The notes beneath the pieces are model-generated. The model saw only the letters and a list, made by a program, of their open reading frames with translations. It ran no database searches and was not told the DNA's origin. From positions 20,214,001 to 20,278,000 of the forward strand of contig NC_087437.1 of assembly GCF_036321535.1 (NCBI RefSeq): 64,000 nt of DNA, given 5' to 3'. Each line of letters opens with the position of its first letter. Position 1 is the first letter of the stretch. Below are positions 38,191 through 50,090 of the stretch, piece by piece. Source of the DNA: Camelus dromedarius. Taxonomy: Eukaryota. The position numbers and the translations under genes are program-made.

Positions 38191-38992
38191 TGTTGAGGGG
38201 GACTTGGGAGGGTGGAGGAGGGCGGGGATGCTGTGGGCTGGCACAGAGTAGCCCAGGTCGTGGGGTGAGGGGCAAGGCAGCACAAGGACTTTTGGGCACG
38301 TCCTGGACCGAGTGCGGGGAGGGCAGAGAGCTCATGCCAGGAGCAGTGGAAGCAGCTGAGGGTAATGAGGGGCAGGCAAACACCAATAGTGACACCTACT
38401 TTTTTTAAGGCGCTGTTCCAAGTGTTTTAGATGTACTAAGTCACATAAGCGAGGTACTTACTCATGAAGTGGTTACTATTGCTATCATTTCTGTTTTATA
38501 GACGAAGACCCTGAGGCACACAGAGGGCATGTGACTTGCCTGTCGCCCTGTGCTCTCACATAGCCAGAAAGCGGTCCAATCAGCCTGGCTGCAGAGCCTT
38601 GGCCTTGAACTTGCTGTAACCCCTCTTGAGGTGGGGCTGACTAGTGGGCACTTGGTGAAGAATGGGCATCCCCACGGATCTGGGGCAGCATAGAGCCCAG
38701 AGTGAGGAGACAAGGAGGCTAATCTGGGGGCAAGGAGTTTGGGGCAACCCGAGGATGTGTTGGGGGAAGGGCAGAGATGGACGCTTCCACAGCGGCTGCT
38801 TCGCCAGGTTCTCTGGCCACCGCGGCACACGCCCTCTCCTCCCGCTCTGAGCCCCAGCCACAGGGCCACTGCCTGTGCCGCTCCCTCTGCCTTGATGTCC
38901 TTATCCCCACGGGCCCCCTCACCTGCCCCCTTTCCTTCACCATCAAGTCCAATCTCCATGACCAGGCAAACCTCCCAGTTATGGGCTCATAT

Positions 38993-39707
38993 TGAAATGG
39001 AACAAAACCCAGACCCTATGGGGCCTCTCCAGCACAGACACCCCAACCCCTCACTGCCATGCCCTCCACCTGCCTTCTGTCTGTAGAAAAACTTGAGTCG
39101 AAGAAGAAGTTTAATCAGAGAAATAAGAAGATACAGAAACAAAGGGAAACGATCAAACAAAAAACAATGATAGTAGTTTAGTCATTAAACAAAGTCAAGG
39201 ACCTTTAGTTCCTCCTCACTGGCTATAGATACTATTCTGAGCCTTTGAGCCGTCTTGTAGATACTGAAACCCCCAGCAGGTGGAAGAACTTAACTACATG
39301 AGACGAGACCACAGCCATGACATAATCTGCCACAATTCTAAGAACTGGCCTCAGAGAGAAGGAACAAACCGACCCTGGAACTGAAGATTAACTGCACTGA
39401 ACCAAGATTAACCAAGATGATGCTGATCAGACACCACGTGGCTAACTTCAAGATGACGGTCAGAGTTGACTGTGCCATTCTGCGTGGAGCCCCCTCCCTC
39501 CACCTGTACATCCCTGAAACTCCCCTTTAAAAGCTCTTGGCCCTGATTGTCAGGGGAGAGGGAATTGGCCTTTGGACAGGAGTCTGCCCTCCCCCTACCC
39601 ACTCTGGATGCCAGCCTCTGGAATAAAGCAAAATTTCTTTTCTACCTACACATGCCTCTCTTTGTACTGGCTTTTGAGCAGCCAGCTGGCCCCAAGTTCC
39701 AGCAACA
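38993..39707 (+). mobile_element. ERV1-class solo LTR (cetartiodactyl family), sense to CLSTN2
   Basis: TG...CA termini (tgaaatgg...cagcaaca), perfect 4-bp TSD atat (38989-38992, 39708-39711), TATA-like tttaaaa (~39527), AATAAA 39622-39627. Confidence 0.85.
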
Positions 39708-41084
39708 ATATGGCATCTTGTAAGTCCCCTTCGTGGGATTTCTCTCAGATATAATGCTGCATTTATTTATGTGAGCATTTCCTTTTCCTAGGGAAGGAAC
39801 TGTGTCTATTTTTGCTCACTTTATACACTCCACACCTAGCATCATGCCTGACCCATAATTACTATCAATAAATTTCCATGGAATAAATAATCAAATCTTC
39901 CTGTGACACAAGTGTTCTGTGCATTGCACAGATGAAGAAACTGGCACTCAGCAAGTCTAAGAAACTTGCTGCAGGTCCCAGTCCAGGTAAGAGGGCAGAG
40001 CAGAAACTTCCCCTGAGCTGGCTCACCGCAAAGCCGCTGCCTCCCACTGGGACTGCTAGGAGGTGCGATGTCCCCAGGATGGACGTTGAAGCCAGAGGCC
40101 AGTGGGAAGCCTCACAAAAGGCATGGGCCCTTTTCTGGCCAGGATCTTACTTGGACTCACCCATATCTGATGACCTCCACCCTCCTTCCTTCACCCCATA
40201 AGGCTCCCATCTTCTATCCAGAATCCTCCATGTCCGCTGGACCTTCTCAACTCTTCCTCTTGGACTGCCAGCCTGGAGAGGTCCCCAGAATTTCAAGGAT
40301 TTGACCCAGATACGGCCTCATCCCCACCAGCCTGCTGCAGTTTCCAGAGCCGGATTTATGTCCCCCTTTTCTAGAGGAACCGTTCCCACTGTTGCTGGCC
40401 TTCACTGTCATCATTCATTCATTCCTTCATTCATTCTTTCATTCAGTCTGTAAATGCTAATTGTGAAGTGGCCATCCTTTCCCTTATATTGAACCTTGAG
40501 AAACTCGAAGTCTTCCGTGGGAAGGGGTCACACTCACAGGACAGGCCTCTAACCACCTCAAGCTCCTCCTAAAGTGACTCGCTTTCAAGACAGCTCCTTT
40601 TTTGAGCCGAGCGATATGCTCGGTCTTTGGGCAGTTGACTGTGATCAGGGGAAGAACCCCAGAGGAGAAATTGTCTCTTTCCTAATTGTCAAATGGAAGA
40701 CATGTGCTTCCCAGCCTGTGAAAATATGAAACTCGCTCTGGACACGGGTGCTTACAACCTACAACAAGCAGGCCGTGCCTCCAAGGCTCCAGTCTGCACC
40801 CCTGGGTCCCTGACAGATGTCAGCTGTTCAGGAAATTCAGGAGGAAGTTATCTGCAGATGAATTCCATGTCACGTCCTGAAAGCAAAAAAAAAAAAAAAA
40901 AATGGGGAGGAGAGAAAAAGCTTAAGGGCTTTTTGTTTTGGGGGCACAAGGGAGTCCTAGTACTCAAGGCGGGGTGCTAGAGGGACGTGTGATCAGAGGA
41001 GGGGGAGCTTCAGGAGAGGCGGGGGGGGACGTGGGGGTGGGGTGAGGCAATGGCATATGGTGGACAGTGGGAAGGCACTGGAAA

Positions 41085-41185
41085 TCTTCCTGTTTTATTC
41101 ACTCTCATGTTCCCAATAACCAGGAAATGTCTGGGGCATAGTGGGCACTCCATCAACATGTGTTGAATGAACTGAATGAATCTCA
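41085..41185 (+). mobile_element. L2 3' end
   Basis: tgttttattcact...ggcatagtgggcactc...tgttgaatgaactgaatgaat. Confidence 0.72.
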
Positions 41186-41319
41186 CAGCATGTGTCATCT
41201 GAGATTTTTTTGTTCCAAGTGATGTTCATAGGTGCCGTACAAGAAAACAAAATAAACGCGGTCAGAAATTTTGACAACCTGGCTCTTCTCTCCCCACATC
41301 AGCATATTAAGTTCTCTGA

Positions 41320-41890
41320 GTGAGAGGTTTTCAGACTTCACTTGTCCAAATCACCTGGAGGGCCTGTTAAAACACAGGCTGCCAGGTCCCACTCCCAGTT
41401 TCTGTTCAGTGAGTCTGGGGTGGAGCCCGAGAATCTGCATGTCTAACAAGTTCCCAAGTGCCTTAGCTCAGGCTGCTGTAACAAAATACCGTAGACCTGC
41501 CGTCTCAACAACAGGTGCTTATTTTCTCACAGTTCTGGAGGCTAGGAAGCCCAAGATCAAGGTGCCTGCAGATCTGGTCCTGGCGAAGGCCCACTGCCCA
41601 GGCTGCAGGTGGCTGCCCTCTCCCTGTGTCTTCTCAGGGCAGAGAGAAAAGGAGGGGGCTCTGGTCTTTCTCCGTTTTCTAATAAGGACGCTAATCCTAC
41701 CGTGGGGGCCCCACCCTCATGACCTCATCTAAACCTAATTATCTCCTAGAGGTGTCTCCTGCAAACGCCATCACATCAGGGGTTAGGCCTTCCACGTGTG
41801 ATTCTCGAGGGGATACAGACATTCCGTTTATAACACTCGGTGATGCTGATGCTATTGGTCCAGGGACTGCACGTGGAGAAGCGCTGCTCT
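41320..41890. mobile_element. MER5A-like hAT element split by an MLT1A LTR
   Basis: aatcacctggagggcctgttaaaacacag...gtctggggtggagcccgagaatctgcatgtctaacaagttccc resumes after 41835 with ggtgatgctgatgc...ggtccagggactgcac. Confidence 0.8.
41459..41835 (-). mobile_element. MaLR solo LTR, MLT1A/MLT1A0-like
   Basis: tgccttagctcaggctgctgtaacaaaatacc...cacagttctggaggctagg...ccccaccctcatgacctcatctaaacctaatta...ataaca. Confidence 0.87.
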
Positions 41891-42454
41891 GAGTCATCCT
41901 GCTAAGAGAATCTGTTTTACTGTGTGAAATGAGGCTTTGCCAAAGCATTCTTGTTCCTGGACGCCATTTTTCATGGTACCTTTTGCAGGACAGCATTCTA
42001 GAAAGTTCAGTTGGGAAGAAATCTAAGGAGGATAATTTTCCCCAGTGATGGTTAATGAGGGGCCGCATCTCCGCTGGCTGGTCCCACCCCTCTTCCTCAC
42101 TCCTGTGCAGTCCCCACTTCATTGAGAACAGGTTTTCCTGCCCTAATCGCTAGCTCCTGTGTCAGCCCCCAAATCTGCAGAATTTGAAGATCAGCCCCAG
42201 GCTGGGCTTTGGCCTGGACAGACTTTTTCATACATGAAAATGAGATTGTCGGGAAGTCCTAGAAGTTAAGTGATCTTCCCAGGGTGTCATGCAGGAGTGC
42301 GGTGGCAACGAATAAACCAGCTGGTCCAGTAAGCTAATTCCGAAGGCAAAAACCATATAGCATGGTGCCAGGGTACCAGGCAGATCATCAGTGCATAATA
42401 AAGGTGTGTTTCTCTTCCCACGGATGAGTTTAAATCTTAAATGCAAGCAATTCT

Positions 42455-42814
42455 CTCTTTTTTTTAATTTTTTATTGAAGCGTAGTTGATATATAATGTT
42501 TGTTTCAGGTAGAGAGCAAAGTGATTCAGTTATACATATGCATATATATATTTTTTTCCCTTCTCAGATTCTTTTCTATTATATGTTATTACAGGAAATT
42601 GAATATAGCTCCCTGTGCTACAGTAGGTCCTTGCTGTGTATCTATTTTATATATAGTAACTTGTGTCTGATAATCCCCAACCCCTACTTTATACCTCCCC
42701 ACGCTTTCCCCTTTGGTAACCATAGGGGAATCTTAAAAAAAAAAAAAAAAAAAGGTGCCAATTCTATATACAAACCAAAAGCAGACCCACAGACATAGAA
42801 AACCAACTATGGTT
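42455..42814 (-). mobile_element. Young 5'-inverted L1 3' fragment
   Basis: Antisense polyA and 3'UTR (42455-42724), then a flipped upstream piece (42725-42814); TSD agcaattct (42446-42454, 42815-42823). Confidence 0.85.
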
Positions 42815-45800
42815 AGCAATTCTTGATTTACACTCTCCAAGCACAAAAGGCAAGGACGGTTTTCCAGGCTGGTTTGGAGGATCTGCCCAAATGTTCCTCA
42901 ACCAAATTGCAAAAAGGGGGTGGTCCCTCTGACACAGGCTGCCTTTCATGTTCCCTGCTCCCCTGTGCTGCGCTCCCTGACTCAGCAATCGCTTTCTGAC
43001 AGAAGGCCCAGCGGGTGCTTTCTGAGCTGTCATAACCACCTTCCGCGGAAAACACACCGTGCTTCTCCCGGCCAGTTCAGAAGTGCCGACGACCGCCCGG
43101 GGAGATCTTAAACAGATTTGCAAATAAGACTGGCATCTTTGCTTGTGGCATGAGGTGGATTTTGGCCCTAACCAAAACTTCTCTTTCAAACGTTCTGAAA
43201 CAGTGGCCTGAGGCCAAAGGGCCTATGCAAGTCCGCGGCATGACCCTGATTTGCATGGTTTTAACCTTCCTGGTTCAATAGCTCTGGATTTCAGGGAACA
43301 AAGTTGTTTTGACCTACCCTCCAAATATGTCCTGTGGGCCAGGGGCTTATGTAGGTCTCTGTATCCACTGTTACCTGAATTTAACACGTGAGAAAGCTGT
43401 TGAAGTAAAGAATGGCTTTCTAGAACAGAAGGCACTAAAGTAAGACTCCTTAGCATGGGGTACGAACGTCTCAGGATCCCAGCCTCCTCTCTCCAGCCTC
43501 ACCTCTGGCCACGCACGTCTGACCAGACGTTGGTTGGAATATACACCCTTCCATTGTGCATGGAACCCATCTCTCTCAGTAGCTGCTTTATCAGATTTTT
43601 CATTTTGCTCTAACCTCATCTCTCTTCCAATTCACTAACTCTCTTGTCAGTTCTCTTGGTTTATTTTTATTTTATGTCTTTTACGTCTGGAATTTCTAGT
43701 TGGTTCTTTGTCAAACTTGCCTTCCCCTACCCCCTCCAGTTGCTCCCTTTCCTCTCGTTCCTGGAATGCGGGTTCAATCGTATGTCTTGTCTGCTTTTCC
43801 TCACACACGCAAAGGATGGTTTCCTCTTCCTTTTGTAAGTTTTCACGCTGAGCTCGCCTCTGGCAGGGATTGTCCTGCTCGTGCCCCGGGCTGTGGGCAC
43901 ATCTTTGTCCAGAGGTTTGGAGTATGTCTTTGCTGAAGGCCGATGCCATTTTAAGATAGCGTCTGAGTTTGGATTTCCACCCCATGTGGGCTGTGGACTT
44001 GGAGCCCATGCATGTGCTCAGAGCAGGCTTAGGGATGTAACACCTCAGGGGACACTTGCTCCAGAGTGGCCGGCTGGCTTCCTCCCTGCATTCCTAGGTC
44101 AATGGCGGCAGGGGTCCCAGGGCCCAGGCTTCAAATAGTCCCAGGCTTTATGCAGACATGCCAGCTCGAGTTTTCTCTGAGTCATTCCTCCCATGGGCTT
44201 TGAAACCACGGCTGATAGGCTGGGCCTTTCTAGCTCTCTTACTTTTGTTCTGTTTTGTGATTGTTTTTATGCAGCATCTCAATGTCTTTGGAAAAGGAAA
44301 GGAGTTTCCATATCTGCTCAGGCTGAAAATCTGCTCTAAGCATCGTAGATGCTTTGTTTTATCTTGAGTCACACAATAACCCTATGATGCAGATTCTATG
44401 ACTGTCTTCACTCTACAAATGAAGGCGTTAAGGTTTAGGGGGCTTTAATTATTTTTACCAAAGTCCAGAATATGAGTTCCCAGAAATTCCTAAAGCAGGT
44501 GTGACCACCCAAGCCATGACCTAGGCTCCGCTTGCATGGACGCCCTCCGCCCCCGCCTTGGCTGCCCTGCCCACTGCCTTCTGTGGCCATCTCAGCCCCA
44601 GGGCAGCCCCTCCCTGTCCGACCCACACTCATACCAGGGCTTTCTCACCCTTCCCCTGATACACTGGAACCTCTCCCCTGCTGAAATGTTTTCCGTCTTA
44701 CAATAACCTGTCCCAGACACATTTCTCAGTCTTTCCCTTCTCTGGTCCATATTGTAACATTGTGAGTAGGAGTGAGGGGAGAGTGGATGAGAGCAGCAGC
44801 ATTGCATCATCAGGACGTGGCTGTAACTTAGCTGGAGGGATGGAAAGGGGGAGCAAGTCTAAAGCGATGCCTTGTGTCCCGGCTTGGACAGCAAGCAGAT
44901 CGGAGGAGGGAGCATTTGCTGAGGCAGGAAACACAGGCAAGGGAACAAGTGAGGCAGGAGCTGGGGGGCATAGAGCTCAATCCTGGACGTGATGAGTTTG
45001 AAGTGTCTGTAGAACACTTAGTGGGCCATTCAGGAGCCATCCGATCTGTGAAGCCATCACTCAGGAGACCAGTGTCTGCTCAGGATCCTGATTTGGCAGT
45101 GAGCGTGTGACTCTGAGCCACTGGTTGTGTGTGGGATGGAAAGACAAGAGGCCTAGCGTGGACGCTCACCATGGGGAGTAGGGGGTGGTGCACCTAACTC
45201 CCAGTATAAACTCCTTGAGATTAGCAGCCACAGTATCTCTTTCCCTTTTCTAGAGGTGCCTAAGACAGAACTGGCCCTCCTGCTTTACAGGGTTGCAGTG
45301 AGGACTAAACAGTATAAGGAATAGGAAAAGCTGCTTTAAAATTGAGAAGCATTTTTCATGACGGGTGGTTGCTATAGCTACCACCCTCCTCCGGCCCCCA
45401 AATGCCCATACCTCATGCTGCCCACAGAAGAAAGGCTATCCAAGCCCTCAGGCCTCCGGACCTCCATTCCAAACTATCCTCACAGCCTCATCTCCCTCTC
45501 CTCACCTTCCCCAAACCACCATGGCCCCTCCCAGTGCGGTGTCTTTTTTCCTTCCCTCCTCCCAGTGCAATCAGACACCCTGCTCCCCTCCACCGCATCA
45601 CCTGGCACAGGTCTGTGGGCGTGAGTCACAACCTGCTATGAGCCTTTCTGTTGATTCTGTGTCTGGACTGGAAGCTCCACGAGGACAGATGCTTTCTTTT
45701 GTTCACAAAACAGGGTGTGCATTTGGTACATGTCTGTAGCAGTGAGTGAATGAGGGACTCTCCGTTTGCCCCAAACCTAGGACCTTCCTTGGCCATGAAA

Positions 45801-47059
45801 AGGACAGATGAATGAAAGAATAAAAGGTTTCAACTCCATTTGCCTGAAATGTTTTCCTTGCTACCCATTCCTAATGAACTCTTAACAGTTCTACCCACCC
45901 AAAATATCCACTTCTCCCATCCGAAGTCAGCTCCCCACTCCCTGGGAGCTCACAGTGCTTTGCGCCTGGTCTGTAAGACTTACCTCAGTTCCCAGTGCAT
46001 TCAAGTCTTCTACATTGATACCTAACCCCTCCCCCAACCACACTTTGGATTGAAAATCTTGAAGGCAAAGCACATATCTGATAAGTTCTTCATCCTGTGC
46101 AGCTCCCAGCATGCTCCCTAGTACGTTGGTTCGTAGGTAAATGTATGTCACACTGCATAACTGCGTTCAAAAATGTCCTGGGAATACCAGCTCAGAACAT
46201 CCAGGGTGGCCCTCTACAGGACATCTGGACCAACTCGTGGGCAGCCTGATCTTCTCCTGTACCCTCATAGGAGGCTTCCCTAGCTCCTGACTCCCTCACC
46301 AGCCTGCTCCCAACTCAGACCTCCTTGGCATTGTCCCTGCTCCCAACCCTCCTTCAACATTGGTCCCTGGGCCTCTGTCTCTGATTCACTCGCCAACCAA
46401 ATGGCAGCTGTGGCAGCCCCGTTGGGAACACACCTGCAGGTTTCCAGAGGGCAAAGCATCTTCAGTCCAGCTGAGGCCTTGGGCATCATCTCTGGGGTAG
46501 CATTGGATATGCCTGATGCCAGCTGGGCGCCCCAGTGATTCACCAACGGCCAGGAATTAAAGTTCCTCTCTCTCCCCAGAAAAGGTCACTTTGCCTAATT
46601 TCCTTCCTTCATTGTGGAGCCATTGCCTTGACACATTTATTTTTGCTGCCTCCTGGCTTGATCATTTCTCAGTTACAGTTTGTCCCCGCATTTGTAGCCA
46701 AGGGCTACTGCGGGGCTCTTCCTGGCCATAGACCCACATTTATGAAACCCTAATTAGGCATTTCCTTCAGCTGCTTCATAGATTACTGGGTGTGAGAAAT
46801 CTGCAGGCTTAAGCCTAGTCTCGGCTGAAAGCCGGTTTGGATGCCCTGTTAAAGCTCTCTGGGGAAGCTCCCCATCTTTTCCACCTCTGAGTCAGCCCAG
46901 GCTGCTCCCCACTCCCAGAAGGCCCTGCCTTCTGACCTCGGAAAATGTACACCTTACCATCTTTTGTGACCCATATTAAAATAGGCAAAATGTATTCCCC
47001 TTTCAAATTGCCAGGATTTTCTTTTTCTTTTCTTTTCTTTTCTTTCCTTTTTTTTTTTT

Positions 47060-47460
47060 AATACTCAATGTAGTAAGGGTACAGGGCGCAAGCACTCTCC
47101 TACTCTGCAGGCAGGGGTATAAATAAGAACAAACTATTGCAGGAAAAAATTTGACAAAATGTGTCAGGAGCCTTCAAAATACCTCCAACCTTTGACCCGA
47201 TAATTCCACTCTAGGAATCTCTTCCTAGGATACAATCAGAAATGCAGATAAATATTTATGCAAAAAGAAATTCATCACAGTGTCAGTTACAATTGCTGGT
47301 GCACAATTAGTGCCTGGTAATAATTAATTATAATATACAGTATAGTATAGTGTATCCATATTGTACAGCCATCTACAGTGAAGTTGGTAAAGGCATTTGA
47401 ATTCTGATATTAAGTGAAACAAGCAGACTTTTAAGTCGTATGTACAGTGTAATCCAAATA
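47060..47460 (+). mobile_element. Old L1ME-like fragment
   Basis: cctttgacccgataattccactctaggaatct...aatcagaaatgcagataaatatttatgcaaaaagaaattcatcacag. Confidence 0.68.
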
Positions 47461-49927
47461 GACCTTTCCCAGCTGTAGTCTCACAGGATGTTTATTAGTG
47501 ATGCTGTAAATAGAAAAATTCCATTTTCCAAAAATGTTGAAAAGTTCTTATAGGCATATACTTTGAGGCTGCCGGAAGCCTTGGATATGCTTGGGATGAA
47601 ATGGGAAATCGAAAAACAGGAACAAAAACCAAGGCTTAGTGTTCAGTGTCACTGTTTTTGTGCGGGACATCACAAGGGCTGCTGTCTGTGGAGCAGGCTT
47701 CAGGAAAGCTGGGGGCTGGGGGGGAGGATGCTCCAGGAAAGACTGTAACGTTGACAGGGGTTGCTGCTTCTGCTGAGTTATGGACTGATTTTACTTCTTC
47801 CTTGGAACTGTCTCGTACTGTCCAAAAATGCTGTAAGTGTTGTGAAAGAAAGCAAAACAGAGGACCATCCGGCTTTGGCAGACATGGAGGGCTGGAGAGT
47901 CGGCCAGCACATGGAGTCAGCCTGGCAGTCAGGCCCGAGAGGACGGCCCCTGGAAGGGTGGGGATGGTGGTCTGGACGGGGGAGCCCCTGGTGCTGCTTA
48001 GTTGACTCTCATGCTCTGTCTATGTTTCAAAAGACCTAGGGTGTGAACAGGGTCACGGCACTGTCACCCGCTCCCTCTCCATCCTGGGACCGGCCAGAGG
48101 TTTCCTGATATCTCAGAGAATATCCCCGGATTGTTCTGACTGGCCATCCCTGATTAGAAACCCCTAGTCCAGGGTGCACTGGGGCTCCTTAGATTGGATG
48201 CTTCCCCATTCAAAACTCTCCTTAGTTCCCACTCTTCTCCTTAGTGACCCCTGGACTCTGTCTCCAGCTCTTCCTTTATTCCACACCTACACCCCTGGCC
48301 AGCCTCACCTGGGTCACAGACCCATCCCAAGAGCCAGCACCCAGCCCAGCATCCAGTCTCAGGCATCGAGCAAGAAGGGGTGTAAGTCAGGTTAGGGCCT
48401 CTAGTGAGATGTAACAGGCACTGAGCTGTCCACTCAGAGGAGTGTAACTGGATTCTGGAGACATTTGCCTTGACCCCTCCTGCTTACCTTCCAAGGGCCC
48501 CTAAAGTATTCATCAGGCTTTATCAGGTTAATGGGCTGCAAAAGGAGCAATTTTCTGAGACATGAGACAGGACAATATAAAAAGAACATTAAGGGGAAAA
48601 AATCTTACTCCAAAATGAAAGGGAAAAGCTCATTTAGCATCCCCGTTGGTGTTACCTGTTCATGAGAATCAGCACATTGAATCCTGAGTGGGCTGTTGGG
48701 AGGGCTCTGATGTCCTCACCTGGGGGTCACCTGCATGCAGAACTCATCTGTCTCCGCTGCCACACAGGGCGGGGGCAGTGGAGACCAGAGGACACCGATG
48801 AGAGACATGTCCGATGTGGATGCCGCAGGGTGCAGTGGGATTTGAGGGAGGGGGAGTCTGGAGGAGAGAGTGTCTCACGTGACATCCAAGACACTTGCTT
48901 AGGGGATCGGAGAGAGGGGGCGCTGTTCTCCAGCCTTGCCACCTTTTATGTTTCCCATCTCCTCTCCCAAGATGTACCATATTGGCTTCTATTTTGGATA
49001 ATGCCATGGGAGTTCAGTATCTTGAGGTCAGAAATTGTGACTTTATCCTGGCCCCAATGTCTCCATCCATTAAGGTTAGATTTTAGTTCCCAGGTCCAAG
49101 ACTAGTAATCTTAGGTGCAAAGTTGTGAGGGAACACGTGTGTAACAGTGCTCTTCACTGAGTCCAGCCAGGAGGACCCATTTGTGGTCCTCGTCTGCCTC
49201 CCCAGGGACTCCAAGGAGGGATGAAGATGAGTCCTCTTGGGATGACTGTGTCTCTCAGAATTGCTTTGGCTTGAGTTGAAGGGAGCTTGAGACCACAGCA
49301 GGTCCTGGGACAAGCTTAATATAGAGACAAAAGAACTGGGGGTTCCTACTCTTCTGAACCTCATCATTCTTCCCCTTCCCATCTTCATGCTTTCCCTCTT
49401 ACTCCCTTCTAACTCCATTTTTTTTTCATCTTTCCCTTTTGCTTCTTTCTCTTTCCTTTCCTCCTCCTCTTCTTTGTCTTCATCATTTCTACTTTCAAAC
49501 TAGCATCTTTCTTTTCATAGCTCCATCTCTCCCCAAACTTAGAGAAAGCATTTCAATTTAACTGTTTCTCTATTAAAGAACTAAGAAAAGTTTCCTACAG
49601 AGCAAATTTAAGCTGACATTCCCACCTGTCCACCAAGCACTTGCCAGCCTAGACAGCTGGTAATTATGGGACCAAGATAATCTGCCCTTAGTCAAATATT
49701 TGCCTAATGATCGGATTCTCAGGTGTTCCTCTACCCGCTGGTTTGCCCCATCATGTTTCATGTGAGCTGCTATAACCTCAGTGCCCATCAACCATTGTGT
49801 TCATTGAGTTCTTTGCAATAAAAACTGTTGACCCCCAAATGTCTCCTCCCTTTCATAATTAGAAAAGTCTGTTTGGTATTTCATTGCCTATTCAATTTTA
49901 AGTATTGCTTCTCTTTCTTTTCACTAG

Positions 49928-50090
49928 ATTTGTGACAAAGAATGGCATTACTATGTCATCAATGTGGAGTTTCCTGTGGTTACCTTATACATGGATGGAG
50001 CAACATATGAACCATACCTGGTGACCAACGATTGGCCCATTCATCCATCTCACATAGCCATGCAACTGACGGTCGGCGCTTGTTGGCAAG
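49928..50090 (+). CDS. CLSTN2: Calsyntenin-2 internal coding exon (probably exon 9), 163 bp, phase 0 to 1
   Basis: Acceptor ttctctttcttttcactAG (AG 49926-49927); donor AAG|GTAACC (GT 50091-50092). Translates ICDKEWHYYVINVEFPVVTLYMDGATYEPYLVTNDWPIHPSHIAMQLTVGACWQ(G), in frame with the previous exon. Confidence 0.97.

Larger units (their letters stand above)
3988..49927 (+). other. CLSTN2: CLSTN2 GT-AG intron, 45,940 bp, phase 0
   Basis: Bounded by the donor and acceptor above; the peptide runs continuously across the junction (KLDQ|ICDKEW), so no constitutive coding exon is missing. Confidence 0.93.
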
